This document shows, piece by piece, positions 1 through 13,240 of a DNA stretch of 64,000 nt; the first letter of the stretch is position 1, and every line of letters starts with the position of its first letter. The stretch is from the NCBI RefSeq assembly GCF_009914755.1, contig NC_060933.1; one strand, given 5' to 3'. The stretch is from the human T2T-CHM13v2.0 reference genome, Homo sapiens. The translations under genes and the position numbers were made by a program. A model generated the notes under the pieces. It was not told the origin of the DNA, did not search any database, and saw only the letters and a program-made list of their open reading frames with translations.

Positions 1-51
1 ACCACTGCATTCCAGCCTTGGTGCCTTGGTGACAGAGCAAGACTCCATCTC
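1..51 (+). mobile_element. Alu 3' end (cut by window start)
   Basis: accactgcattccagcct..gacagagcaagactccatctc is the Alu right-arm terminus; contains a small gccttggt duplication. Confidence 0.9.
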
Positions 52-78
52 ACACACACACACACACACACACACACA
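51..78 (+). repeat. (CA)n microsatellite at the Alu tail position
   Basis: pure CA run directly after the Alu end. Confidence 0.95.
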
Positions 79-79
79 A

Positions 80-250
80 AGGAAAGAAAGACAATGACCC
101 AAACTCGTCTAAGAGCTGAAAAACTCACTATGAGCATTTCATTGTTTAACTGGAAGTATTAACAACAGAAAGGACTAAGCTGAGGAAAAAAACTGAGAGC
201 TGTGAGATGGATTCATTGAATCAACTCAGTTAAACAAATATAAAGGGGTG
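80..250 (+). mobile_element. L1 ORF1 fragment (L1PB-like)
   Basis: agagctgaaaaactcacta...gaagtattaacaacaga...gctgaggaaa resembles the ORF1 coiled-coil coding region of older primate L1. Confidence 0.6.
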
Positions 251-256
251 GGTCAC

Positions 257-1421
257 TGTATTAGTCTGTTCTCATGCTTCTATAAAGAACTGACTGAGAC
301 TGGGTAATTTAGAATCAAAATAGTTTTAATTGACTCACAGTTCTGCATGGCTGGGGAGGCTCCAGGAAACATACACTTATGGTGGAAGGGGCAGCAAACA
401 TGTCCTTCTTGATATGGCTGCAGGAGAGAGAAGTGCAAAGTGAAGTGGGGGAAAGCCCCTATAAAACCTTCAGCTCTCATAAGAACTCACTCATTATCAT
501 GAGAACAGTATGATCCCCATGTCTAATCACCTCCCATGATGTCCTTCCCCCAACATGTGGGGATTACAATTTGCATTACAATTCAAGATGAGATTTTGGG
601 TAGGGACACAAAGCCAAACTATATTATTCTGTCCATGGCCCCTCGCAAATCTCATGTCCTCACATTTCAAAACACAATTATGCCTTTCCAAGAATCCCCC
701 AAAGTCTTAACTCATTTCAGCATTAACCTGAAAGTTCGAGTTCAAAATCTCATCTGAGAAAAGGCAAGTCCCTTCCACCTATGAGCCTGTAACATCAAAA
801 GCAAGTTAGTTATTTCCTAGATACAATGGGAGTGCAGGTACTGGGTAAATACACCCATTGGAGATAGGAGAAATTGACCAAAACAAAGGAGCTATAGGCC
901 CCATGCAAGTCTGAAATCCAACAGAGCAGTCATTAAACCTTAAAGTTTCAAAATGATGTCCTTTGACTCCATGTCTCACATCCAGGTCACACAGATGCAA
1001 GAGATGGGATACCATGGCTTTGGGAAGCTCCACTCCTATGGCTTGGCAGGGTACAGCCTCCCTTCTGGCTGCTTTCACAGGTTGGTGTTGAGTGCCTGCA
1101 GCTTTTCCAGGTGAGTGGTGTGAGCTTTTGGTGGATCTATCATTCTGGGATCCGGAGAATGACGGCCCTCTTCTCACAGCTCCACTAGTCAGTGCCCCAG
1201 TGGAGACCCTGCATGGATGCTCTGACCCCACATCTTCCTTCTGCACTGCCCTAGCAGAGGTCTCCATGAGGGCCCTTCCCCTGCAGCATACTTCTGCCTA
1301 GACATTCAGGTGTTTCCGTACATCCTTTGAAATTCAGGCTGAGGTTCCTAAAGCTCAACTCTTGTCTTCTGCACACCCACAGGCCCAATATCACATAGAC
1401 TCTACCAAAGGTTGGGGTTTG

Positions 1422-1423
<2 letters not shown>
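257..1423 (-). mobile_element. THE1C/D-like MaLR: 3' LTR (257-626) plus truncated internal sequence
   Basis: LTR reads tgtattagtctgttctca...agccaaactatatta on +, followed by a PPT complement and THE1-int; breaks off at ~1423. Confidence 0.9.
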
Positions 1424-1930
<507 letters not shown>

Positions 1931-4194
1931 ATATTATGCAAGAAATAAAACCTACTTGATTGTGGTGGATTAGCTTTTTGATGTACAACTAGATTTGGTT
2001 TGCTAGTATTTTGTTGAATATTTCTTTATCTATGTTCATTAGAAATACTGGTCTGAAGTTTTTTTTTTCATTGCATCTCTGCCAGGATTTGGTATCAGAA
2101 TGATGTTGTCCTCATAGAATGAGTTAGTTATGAGTCCCTCCTCCTCAATTATTTTAGATAGTTTCAGTAGGTGTGGTATCAGCTCTTCTTTATACATCTG
2201 GTAGAATTTGGCAGTGAATCCTTTGAGGCCAACACTTTTTCTGATTGATAGGCATCGTATTGCCAATTCAGTTTGGACCTTCCTATTAGTCTGTTCAAAG
2301 TTTCATTTTCTTCCTGGTTCAATCTTTGAAGATTGCTTCCAGGAATTTATGCAGCTTCTCTGGGTTTTTCAGTTTGTGTACATAGAGGTGTTCATAATCA
2401 TCCCTGAGGGTTGTTGTATTTCTGTGGGGTCACTGGTAATGTCCCCTTTGTCTCTTTTGTGATTGTGTTTATTTGAATATTGTCTCTTTTTTTTCTTTAT
2501 AAGTTTAGATAATGGCCTATCAACATTATTTTTTCTTTCAAATACCCAACATTCAGTTTTGTTGATTTTTTTACATTTTTTTCTCATCTCCATTTTGTTA
2601 ATTTCAGTTATGATTGTGGCCATTTCTTTTCTTCTACTACCTTCGAGGTTGGTTCTGTTTTGTTTTTTAGGTTCCTCTATCTGTGATGTTAGGTTGCAAA
2701 TTTGAGATCTTTCTAGCTGTTGACATAAGTGTTTAGCACAATAAACTTTCCTTTTAACCATGCTTCAGCTGTGTTCTAGAGTTTCTGGTGTGTTGTATTT
2801 TTGTTTTCATCAGAGTCTAAGAATTTCTTGATTTCTGCCTTGATTTTATTGTTTACACAAAAGTCATTCAGGTTCAGGTTGTTTAATTGTCACTTAATCC
2901 TACAGTTTTGGCAGATCTTCTTGGTATTGATTTGTATTTTTATTGTGCTCTGGTCTGAGAGTGTGGCTGGTAAAATTTTTTTTTTATTTGTTGAGAATTG
3001 ACTTATAGCTGAGCATGTGGTTGATTTTAGAATATGTGTCACGTGCAGATGATAAGAATATATATTCTGTTGTTGATGTGTGGAGTGTTCTGCAGATGTC
3101 TGTTAGGTGTATTTGGCCAAGTGTCAAGTTTAGGTCCCGAATATCCTTGTTAGTTTTCTGCCTCAGTGATCTGTCTTACACTGTCAGTAAGGTGTTGAGG
3201 TCTGCCACTGTCATTGTGTAGTTATGTAAGTTTCTTTGTATATCTCTAAGAGCTTGTTTTGTGAATCTGAGTGCTCCAGTGTTAGGTGCATATATATTTA
3301 GGATAGTTAAGTCTTCTTGTTTAATTGAATCCTTCATCATTACGTAATGCCCTTTATTGTCTGTTTTGATCATCGTTAGTTTAATGTCAGTTTTATCTAA
3401 AATAAGAACAGCAACACCTGTTTTTCTTTGTTTTTCATTTGTTTGGTAGTTCTTTCTCCATCCCTTTACTTTGAACCTATGGGTGTTCTCACATGTGAGA
3501 TGGGTCTCTTGAAGACAGCATACAGTTGGGTCTTGATTCTTTATCCACTTTGCCACTCCATGCCTTTTAAGTGGGTGTTTAGCTTGTTTATCTTCAATAT
3601 TGACATGTGCACATTCGATCCTCCCAGCATGTTGTTAGCTGGTTGTTATGTAAACTTGATTGTGTAATTACTTTATAGTGTTGATGGTCTATATACTTGA
3701 GTGTGTTTTTCTGGTGCTAGGTAACAGTCCTTCATTTTCATGTTTAGCACTTTCTTAAGGATCTCTTGTGGTCTCTAAAGGCCTGGTGGTAATAAATTCC
3801 CCTAGCTTTTGCTTATCTGAAATGGATTTTATTTCTCCCTTGTTTATGAAGCTTAGTTTGGTGGGACATAAAATTCTTGGTTCAAAATTTTATTTTTTCA
3901 AAAATGCTGAATATGGATTCTTAATGTCTTCTGACTGTGGGATATTGCTGAGAGTTCCCCTGTGAGTTTGATGTAGTTTCCACTTTATGTGACCTGCCCC
4001 TTGTCGTTAACTGCCTTTAATATTTTTTTCTTTTGCATTGACCTTCAAGAATCTGATTACTTTGTGTCTCTGCAATGGTTGTCTTACATAGCATCTTACA
4101 TAGGTTATCTGAATTTTCTAAATTTATATGTCAATCTCTCTAGTGAAATTGGGGAAATTTTTTACAGAATCCCTTACTTCTCCAAGGTTTTTTC

Positions 4195-4489
4195 TTTTCT
4201 TTTTCTTTCTTTCTTTTTTTTTTTTTTTTGAGATGGAGTCTTGCTCTGTAGCCCAGGCTGGAGTGCAGTGGCATGATCTCGGCTCAATGCAAGCTCCACC
4301 TCCCGTGTTCCTACCAATCTCCTGCCTCAGCCTCCTGAGTAGCTGGGGCTACAGGCACTTGCCACCATGCCCAGTGAATTTTTTTTTTTTGTATTTTTAG
4401 TAGAGACAGGGTTTCACCGTGTTAGCCAGGATGGTCTCAATATCCTCCCAAAGTGCTGGGATTACAGGCATGAGCCACCATGCCTGACC
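4195..4489 (-). mobile_element. AluY/Sc-like with ~27-bp internal deletion
   Basis: poly-T then gagatggagtcttgctctg...; gtctcaatatcct|cccaaag lacks the gacctcgtgatccgcccgcctcggcct segment. Confidence 0.93.
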
Positions 4490-5147
4490 TTTCATTTTTT
4501 AAAATTCTTCTTTTCTTTATTTATTTTCTGGCTGTGTTAACTTAAATAATCAGTCTTCAATCTCTGAGATTCTTTTCTTGGCTTAGTCCATTCTGCTGTG
4601 AATATTTCCAATCATTTTATGAAATTCTTGTAGTGTATTTTGTAACTCTACCTGCTAGGTTTGGTTTTAGTTTGTTTGTTTGTTTGTCTTGTTTTGTTTT
4701 TTCAAATGGCTAATTTTTTTCTCTTTAATCATTTTACTGGATTCCTCAGATTCTTGGAAATAGTGTTCAACTTTCTACTGAATTTCAATGATCTTCATTT
4801 CCTTCTACCTCTCAGTTCTATATCTGTCATTTCAGCCATTTCCTTCTATTTAACAACCATTGCTGTAGAACTAGTGCAGTCATTTGGAGGTAAAGTGACA
4901 CTCTGACTTTTTGAGTTGCTAGAGTTCTTATGTTGGCTTTTTTCTCATCTGTGTGGGCTGGTGTTTCTTTAACTGTGGTATAATTTGAGCATAGTCAGTT
5001 GACTTTGTTTCTGGATGTTTTCAAAGCACCTTTTTGCATGATCTTTATTAGTAGCTGAATTATCGTCCTGGGTTTCACAGAGGCTTATATTAGCAAAGTA
5101 ATTTTAGAGTTGAAGTTTCTGCTGCAATCTGGCTGATGACACTTAGG

Positions 5148-5218
5148 TATAATGGCTGATAGGTAGGCTCTTGTTCAGCCTACCTACCTATAATGGCTGA
5201 TAGGTAGGCTCTTGTTCA
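5148..5218. repeat. 30-bp perfect direct duplication with 11-bp inverted spacer
   Basis: tataatggctgataggtaggctcttgttca at 5148-5177 and 5189-5218; spacer gcctacctacc. Confidence 0.95.
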
Positions 5219-6241
5219 TACACAAATATATATTTTCTCACATTTGCAGCCATGCTCCGTGTCAGTATTCTGTGTGTGTAGGCTTCCCTCCTACTGAAAT
5301 GCTGGCTGCATAGCTTGGCTTGTCACTGCAGTGCTGCACATCACAGCCCTGGGATGAGCTCAAGGTTTTTGTTTCCTCACAAGCTTGGGGACAAAAGGGG
5401 TGAGGACCTTGGCAGTGGTAATGTGTGGAGGTCTATCACTTGTCTTTTGCAGCTCCACCATACAGAAATGCAGAGATGCTGCCAAATGGAGTGGTCAACC
5501 TTTGATGGGGCCTGTGCATTTTGGAACCAAGCTGGGGGACACTACTGGTGATGAGCAGAGGGTGTCAGGGCTTGTGAGAAGACAGATTCATCTCTTCTCT
5601 GTAGGGTAGCTGCAGTGTGCTGGAGGTGTGAGTAAAGCACTTGGGGTCTTGTTCCCTCCCCAGTTGGAGGGCAGCAAGGGCAGTACTGCTGAATAGCGGT
5701 TGCAGAAAAACTTTCAGTTGCTTCTGGGATCTCCACCCCAGAGAAATGCAGAACCACTGCCACTGGGCATTTTCAGCCTGGAGTGGGGCTGCTGCACTAT
5801 GAGCCTTTGCTGGGACCCCTGCCTGGTGAAGAGCAGGGGATCAGGGGCTCACAGAGAATAGAGATTGGGCTCCATGCCATATGGTGATCATATGGTAATC
5901 ATAGTGTGCTGGAAGCATGAGTAAAGCATTCAGGCTCTTTTATTTCTTTCCCAGTCTAAGACAGCAAGGGCAGGTACCACTGCATTGGCAGTGGCAGTTG
6001 GCTGTCATTTGCCTCTGGGAGCTCCATCACAGGATAACACAGAGCCACTGGCAATAGAAATGTTCAGCTTGGGTGAGGTAGCTACTCTGCAGGCCCAAGC
6101 AAGGAGTTCTGCTTAGTGAAGGATAGGAGTTGGGAGCTCACAAGGAAGAGAGACTGGGCTCTACGCTATAAGGCAGCTGTGTCATGATGAAGGTGCTAGT
6201 GAAGCAACCAGGATTTTGTTCTTTCCCCAGCCCAAGGGGAG

Positions 6242-8548
6242 TTTCTTAGTCCTTTTTTACACTGCTGATAAAGACATACCTGACACTGGACAATTTACAA
6301 AAGAAAGAGGTTTAATCAATTTGTAGTTCTACATGGCTGAGGAGGCCTCAAACTCATGGCAGAAGTCAAGAAGAGGAGCAAGTCACATCTTACATGGATG
6401 ACTGCAGCCAAATAGAGACCTCATTTGGGGAAATTCCCATTTTTAAAGCCATCAGATTTCATGAGACCCATTCACTATCATGAGAACAGCATGGGGAAGA
6501 CTCACTCTCATGATTCAATCATTTCCCACTGGGTCCCTCCCACAACATGTAGAAGTTATGGGAACTACAAGATGAGACTTGGGTGGGGACACAGAGTCAA
6601 ACCATATTATTATACCCCTGGCCCCTCCCAAATCTCATATCTTCACATTTCAAAACCAATCATGCCTTCCCAACAGTCCCAAAAAGCCTTAACTAATTTC
6701 AGCATTAACTCAAAAGTCCACAGTCCAAAGTCTCATCTGAGACAAGTCAAGTCCCTTCCACTTATGAGCCTGTAAAATCAAAAGTAAGTTAGTTACTTCC
6801 TAGATACAATGGGGGTACAGGCATTGGGTAAATACAGCCATTCCAAATGGGAGAAATTGGCCAAAACAACAGGGCTACATGCCCCATGCAAGTGTGAAAT
6901 CCAGAGGGACAGTCAAATTTTAAAGCTCCAAAATGATCTCCCAGTAACTCTATGTCTCACATCCAGGTCATGCTAATGCAAGAGGTGGGTTCCCAAGGTC
7001 TTGGGTAGCTCCTCCCCCGTGGCTGTGTAGGGTACAGCCTCCCTCATGGCTGCTTTCACAGGGTGACATTGAGTGTCTTAGTCTTCTCTAGGTGCACAGT
7101 GCAAGCTGTCAGTGGATTTACCATTCTGGGGTCTGGAGGATGGTGGCCCTCTTCTCACAGCTGCATTAGGCAGTGCCCCAGTAGGGACTCTCTGTGGGGG
7201 CTCCAACCCCACATTTCCCTTCCACACTGCCCTAAACAGTGGTTCTTTGTGAGGGCCTCACCCTTGCAGTGAACTTATTCCTGGACATCCAGGCATTTCC
7301 ATACATCTGAAATCTAGGCAGAGATTCCCAAACCCCCATTTTTGACTTCTGTGCACTCACAGGCTCAACATCAAGTGGAAGCTGCCAAGGTTTGGGGCTT
7401 GTACCCTCTGAAGCCACAGCCTAAAGTCTACATTGGCCCCTTTCAGCCATGGCTGGAGCAGCTGGGACACAGGGTGCCAAGTCCCCAGGCTGCTCACAGC
7501 ATGATGACCTTGGGCCTGGCCCACAAAACCACTTTTTTTCTCCTAGGTCACCAGGCCTGTGATGGAAGGGGCTGCCATGAAGACCTCTGGCATGCCTTAG
7601 AGACATTTTCCCTATTGTCTTGGGGATTAACATTCATCTCCTCATTACTTATACAAATTTCTGCAGCTGACTTAAATTTCTCCTTAGAAAATGGGATTTT
7701 CTTTTCTATCACATTGTCAAGCTGCAAACTTTTTGAACTTTTATGCTCTACTTCCTTTATAAAACTGAGTGACTTTAACAGCACCCAGGTCACATCTTGA
7801 ATGCTTTGCTGCTTAGAAATTTCTTCCATGAGATACCCTAAATCATCTTTCTCAAGTTCAAAGTTCCACAAATCTCTAGGCCTGGAGCAAAATGCCACCA
7901 GTCTCTTTGCTAAAACATAACAAAAGTCACCTTTGTTCTAGTCCCCAAGATCCTCATCTCCATTGGAGACCACCCCATCCTGGATTTCATTGTCCGTATC
8001 ATTAACATCATTTTAGGCAAAACCATTCAACAAGTCTCTAGGTGGTTCTAAACTTTGCCATATTTTCCTGTCTCCTTCTGAGTGCTCCAAGCTGTTTCAA
8101 CCTCTGCCTGTTACCCAGTTCTAAAGTTGCTTCCACATTTTCAGGCACTTTTCAGTAGAGCCCACTCTACTGGTACCAATTTACTGTATTATTCCATTTT
8201 CATGCTGCTGATAGACAGACCTGAGACTGGGCAATTTACAAAAGAAGGAGGTTTAATCAACTTACAGTTCCACGTGGCTGGGAAGGCCTCACAATCATGG
8301 TGAAAGGTAAGTAGGAGCAAGTCACATCTTACATGGATGGCAGCAGGCTAAGAGAGAGCTTGTGTCAGGAAACTCCTGTTTTTAAAATCATTAGATCTCA
8401 TGAGACCCATCCACTATGACGAGAACAGCATGGGAAATACCCATCTCCATTATTCAGTCATTTCCCACCAGGTACCTCCCACAAAACATGGGAATTGTGG
8501 GATCTACAGGATGAGATTTGAATGGGGACACAGAGCCAAACCATATCA
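6242..8548 (-). mobile_element. Full-length THE1A-like MaLR (LTRs 6242-6609 and 8185-8548)
   Basis: two ~365-bp LTRs ending aaccatat(t/c)a, ~1.57-kb internal region, TSD gggag/ggcag. Confidence 0.95.
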
Positions 8549-9810
8549 GGCAGCAAGGGTGGTACCACTGTATGTAATGGCAGAGGGGCTGTGGGTTGTC
8601 ACTGGGAATTCTATCCCAGAGAAATGCACAGGTGCCACTGTCTGAAGTGTTCAAGTGGGAGCAGGGTAGCTGTGCTGGGGCCGAGGTCGGGAGGCCCTAC
8701 CCAGTGAGAAGTAGCAGGAGCAAAGACAGGCATGGAAAAAAGTCTGACAACACCTCCATAAGGCAGATGTGCTGAGCTGAAGACCTGCTATAATCCTTAA
8801 GCCTCTTTGCTATCTCTTGATCTGAGGGCATTATGGGCAGGGGCTATAGCAGGCAAAAACGGCAGGCCTGTCTTATACCTATGAGAGCTCTGTCCCAGGG
8901 AAATGCAATGCTGCTTCTGGCCCAAGTTGTCAGGCTGAGGTAGGTGGCTGTGCTGGAGGCTCAAGCCAGGAGGCCCTGACCAGTGAGGAGTAGAAGGGGC
9001 CATGACCAACATTAAAAACTATATGACTGCTTTTCCAGAAGGCAGCTTGCCCTGTGCTGGAGGCCCACAACAGTCATAACACTCTTCACTCCCTCCTGAC
9101 CTTGAAGGCAGTTGGGTAGTGGCTGGAGCTGCAATAGCAGCAAAAACAGCAGATATGTCTATTGCATCTGGGAGCTTCATCCCAGAGAAATGCAGAGCTG
9201 CTGCCAGTTGAAGAGGTCAAATGGGTGTTTCATGGCTGTTCTGGAGTTCCAGGTCAGTGTGCCTTGCCTGGAGAGGTTAACCAGAGGCAAGGCATGAAGT
9301 CCCTCTGCTCCTCAGAACCATGAATGTAGCCACTAACTTTTGGCATGCAGAGAACTTGGCGTTCTTGTTGGTGAAGCTATGGCAACTAGCACTGGGGTGC
9401 TTAGGGGTCTAAGACCCCTGGGACTTCTCATGTGCCTGATCTGGAGCTCTGCCCAGATTCTATGCAGCTCTCCTTGTTAGTCTGAAGGCCCCAGGGGGAG
9501 GGACTCAGGGTGGATCACCTGTGCCTATGATTACAAAGGTCCGTGACAGAAGTATGGGGCCATGGGGCTCTCTCTCAGTCACTATTTCTTTGTGGTAAGG
9601 ATCCTCCCCTGACTCCACCCAATCCTGGGTGGGTGGCTGTTGTGTCTTGCTGTTTTTGTTCTCCATGGCTTCTGTTGCTTCCTTGCTGAATCCCAACATG
9701 TCCTCTTGGAAGATCCAGTTGAAGTGCTAGTGTTTACTGGCCAGTCTATTTCCTTTTCACGAGAGTGGAGCATACTAGCTGCTTCTAGTAAGTCATCTTG
9801 GCACTTGATC

Positions 9811-9965
9811 ACAAAAGACATTTGTTTTTCACAGTTCTGCAGGCTGGCAAGTCCAAGTTAAAGGTGCCAGCAGATTCAATTCTTGGTAAGAGTTCTTCCT
9901 GGCTTGCAGACAGCTGCCTTCTCATTGTATTTTCACTAGGAAGAAAAAAGAAGGTCTAGTGTCTC
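9811..9965 (-). mobile_element. MLT1-type LTR fragment
   Basis: tttcacagttctgcaggctggcaagtccaag..aaggtgccagcagatt..ggcttgcagacagctgccttctc. Confidence 0.75.
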
Positions 9966-10092
9966 TTAATTGGATAAATTTTTAAAACCAAAATTATTGA
10001 AGGTGATTCTAATACACCTTTCTCAGTAACTCATATAAATATACCGGATGCATTATTAAGATTATTAGTGTATTTAAAAATATACAATTTCT

Positions 10093-10411
10093 GGCTGGGC
10101 GCAGTGGCTCATGCCTATAATCCTAGCACTTTGGGAGGCCAAGGCGGGCGGATCATGAGGTCAGGAGATCAAGACCATCCTGGCTAACACAGTGAAATCC
10201 TGTCTCTGCTAAAAATACAAAAAAAAAAAAAATTAGCTGGATGTGGTGGTGGGCACCTATAGTCCCAGCAACTATGGAGGCTGAGGCAGGAGAATGGTGT
10301 GAACCCAGGAGATGGAGTTTGCCGTGAGCCGAAATCATGCCACTGCACTCCAGACTGGGTGACAAAGCGAGATTCCCTCTCAAAAAAATAAAATAAAATA
10401 AATAATTATAT
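10093..10411 (+). mobile_element. AluY-like, full length
   Basis: full dimer; TSD aaaaatatacaatttct / aaaaataaacaatttct. Confidence 0.95.
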
Positions 10412-11006
10412 AAAAATAAACAATTTCTGCCCTTATTTATCTATATAATTTTGTATAATTATTTTATGATTGCTTATTATTCATTTTAGTAGCCACTTTG
10501 AAAATAATTAATGTTTGTATAAAAATAAACATTAATTTAATAAACTAACAGAATAGCATATAAATTTCCACTAACATCCTATCAAAATTTATATAATTAT
10601 AGTATTTTATAAGTCATTTTAGTGCTATATAAAGTTAAGAAAAATGGCCAAAAGTCTAAAAAAATTTAAAAAAATAAAATAGGAATAGAAAAAGGAAGAA
10701 AATAATTTATTTTTTTAAGTTAAAAAATCATTTTTTTAAATGTAGAGAAATACATGTTTTTAAGAGAACACATACCTTTAATCACAAGAAAAAAGTGCCT
10801 TTAAAAATAAAAATATTATATAACATAATAATATAAAAGTTTCTTTTTGAATTTTGAAGTTGTTATAGTTTTAAAATTGTATGTATTTGGCATTTCTTTT
10901 ATTTTGCTTTATGTTAACATTCAAATTTCATCTTCGAATTTTAATTATCCTTAAAAATTTCTAGGTGCCTCTTAGTTGAATTCTAGACAAAATTTATCTT
11001 TACAAC

Positions 11007-11150
11007 TTTTTTTATTATACTCTAAGTTCTAGGGCACATGTGCAAAATGTGCAGGTTTGTTATATATGTATACATGTGTCGTGTTGGTTTGCTGCACCCA
11101 TTAACTCATCATTTACATTAGATATTTCTCTTAATGCTATCCCTCCCCCA
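11007..11150 (-). mobile_element. L1PA 3'-terminal stub
   Basis: ttttattatactctaagttctagggcacatgtgca..gctgcacccattaactcatcatttacatta..ccctccccc. Confidence 0.9.
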
Positions 11151-12111
11151 TCTTTTTATCTGCTATACAAATATATTTTTATGCAATATCAGTCATTAAT
11201 ATAGTTAATGATATAGTTAGCATAGTTAATTACAAAACGTAGTAATTTTATTGTTAAATATTATAATTTTAAATTATTATTAATGGTTTTTACAATATGT
11301 ATCATATTAGTAATACACCTTAACACACCAAAAGTATGTCAGCCCATAATGATGTTATTTTACTCATTTATTTTAGTTTCGTGTTTGAAATTTTTATGTT
11401 CAGCTAATAGAAAAAAAAATAACAAGACAGAGAAATACAAATATAGCAAATATCGTCCAAGCAATAATCCCCAACTGAACAATGCCAAGATATACATTGT
11501 CTGATTTCTTCTTTCATTTAGATATTTGCATGAATTTTAAAGCTTTTGTATATTTTTTATTTTATTAAAAATAATTTTCTGTCTTGCTTAACATGTTACT
11601 TATTTAAAAACATAAAATATTTAATCTACTTCATATCATCCAAATATATGAATTAGCTCATTTTCTCTTCTCTATATATGATCTTGTGTCTTTATTCAGA
11701 CAAAATAGTTCTGTCATTTAAATGCTTCCTTATCTTTGGCATAGTGTGATTTTTCTTTTTAAAATTATTATAGTTCAATAATATATCAAGCTAGTGGGAG
11801 AAAAGCAAAGGTGAATTAAACTATGTTTCAGTAAAATGTAAAAAAAAAATCTGATTTTAAGTAATTACTAACTATGTACAGTCACGAACTCATGAACCAA
11901 CAGTATAGAAGAAATAATTGGTGCGATTTGGGCAAACTAGAAAAAGCCAAGAAAAATGAAAAGATCTTTTTATATGATCATTCTTAATTAGAGCCACTGA
12001 CAGTGAATGTAAGAATGTTTAATGTATGTGACCTATAAAGATTTGCTAGATTCTGACTGACTCAGAGGTTATATATTACTTCTCACACTTCTTTATTAAA
12101 ATTATTTTGTT

Positions 12112-12391
12112 GTTGTTTTTTTTTTTTTTTTTTGAGACGGAGTCTCGCTCTGTCGCCCAGGCCGGACTGCGGACTGCAGTGGCGCAATCTCGGCTCACTG
12201 CAAGCTCCGCTTCCCGGGTTCACGCCATTCTCCTGCCGCCCGCCACCACGCCCGGCTAATTTTTTGTATTTTTAGTAGAGACGGGGTTTCACCTTGTTAG
12301 CCAGGATGGTCTCGATCTCCTGACCTCATGATCCACCCGCCTCGGCCTCCCAAAGTGCTGGGATTACAGGCGTGAGCCACCGCGCCCGGCC
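12112..12391 (-). mobile_element. AluYb8 with 30-bp internal deletion
   Basis: Yb8 7-nt duplication (ggccggactgcggactgcag) plus caccttgttagcc, ctccgcttcccggg, ggcgcaatctc, catgatccaccc; TSD attttgtt. Confidence 0.95.
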
Positions 12392-12423
12392 ATTTTGTTT
12401 TTAACTTAAGCATCATTTTTATA

Positions 12424-12675
12424 ACTAAAGTGACAGTTATACATGAACAAGTATAATAGTTTGTCTAAAATATTTTGTACCAAAGCAGGAAGACTGAAGT
12501 GTGAATAATCTCAGTAAAAATGTATAAAATATATTTTGGACATGCAGTCACTAAAGTGACAGTTATACATGAACAAGTATAATAGTTTGTCTAAAATATT
12601 TTGTACCAAAACAGGAAGACTGAAGTGTGAATAATCTCAGTAAAAATGTATAAAATATATTTTGGACATGCAGTC
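12424..12675. repeat. 126-bp tandem duplication (2 copies, 1 mismatch)
   Basis: actaaagtgacag...ggacatgcagtc starts at 12424 and 12550. Confidence 0.97.
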
Positions 12676-13240
12676 ATTCATTGAAATGTACACATGAAGT
12701 AAATCAAGTGACCTCATTATTGAATAAATTGAGAAATACATGAGGTTGAATTAATTTCTTCTTCCACAGAATTTTTTTATTTATTTCATTTTTGTTCAAT
12801 GTTTCTTGATATAAAATAGATTATTTTCTATTATTTTCAGATGTCTCAGAAATCTTTCCAGTTCTTTCCTACGGTCTTCAATACATTTTTAAAAATTAAT
12901 GCAAAATGTGGACCATTTAAAAACTAGATTTTCTCAAAGACTGAGTGTTGAAGGTAGTGCCCCTGGAGATTATTTGTTAAAGAATGTTTAAAACTAACTA
13001 GCACATGCCTAGTCTTTGACATGATTTGTTTTGTAAGATCCTTGTCATCATGATATGTATTCAGGAAAAGGAGTATTCTCAGATTACAGATAAAGAAGCT
13101 AAGTCAGACATGTATTGAGTATGTAACTTGATGTGAGCCATAAATAAAAATGTGCCAAATATATTAGGTAATTGTATAAATCTAAAGCATTCTATAATAG
13201 TATATTATCTCTGGCTGGTGAATCTAGCAAACACAACATA

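Larger units (their letters stand above)
1935..9805 (-). mobile_element. L1PB-type element, 5' portion (5'UTR, ORF1, ORF2 EN to start of RT), 3' part missing; interrupted by an Alu and a THE1
   Basis: ORF 3176-3556 (CCLQETHL..KGWRK..LNIYAPNTGA) is the L1 endonuclease; ORF 2039-2266 ([12 protein letters not shown]) lies just before RT; on - the 5' terminus reads gccaagatgacttactagaagcagct, similar to the YY1-site start of L1. Confidence 0.88.

Noticed and set aside
806-1267. 153-aa ORF (and 7342-7898, 30110-30409) as coding genes
   Set aside because: All lie in THE1/MST internal sequence, i.e. decayed MaLR ORF or its antisense.
3176-3556. Endonuclease-like ORF as a gene
   Set aside because: Fragment of L1 ORF2 EN in a disrupted element.
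5430-9300. Regularly spaced motif as a CRISPR-like repeat-spacer array
   Set aside because: The units appear homologous beyond the anchor motif, the period is ~280 bp, the context is a eukaryotic L1 5'UTR, and there are no cas genes.
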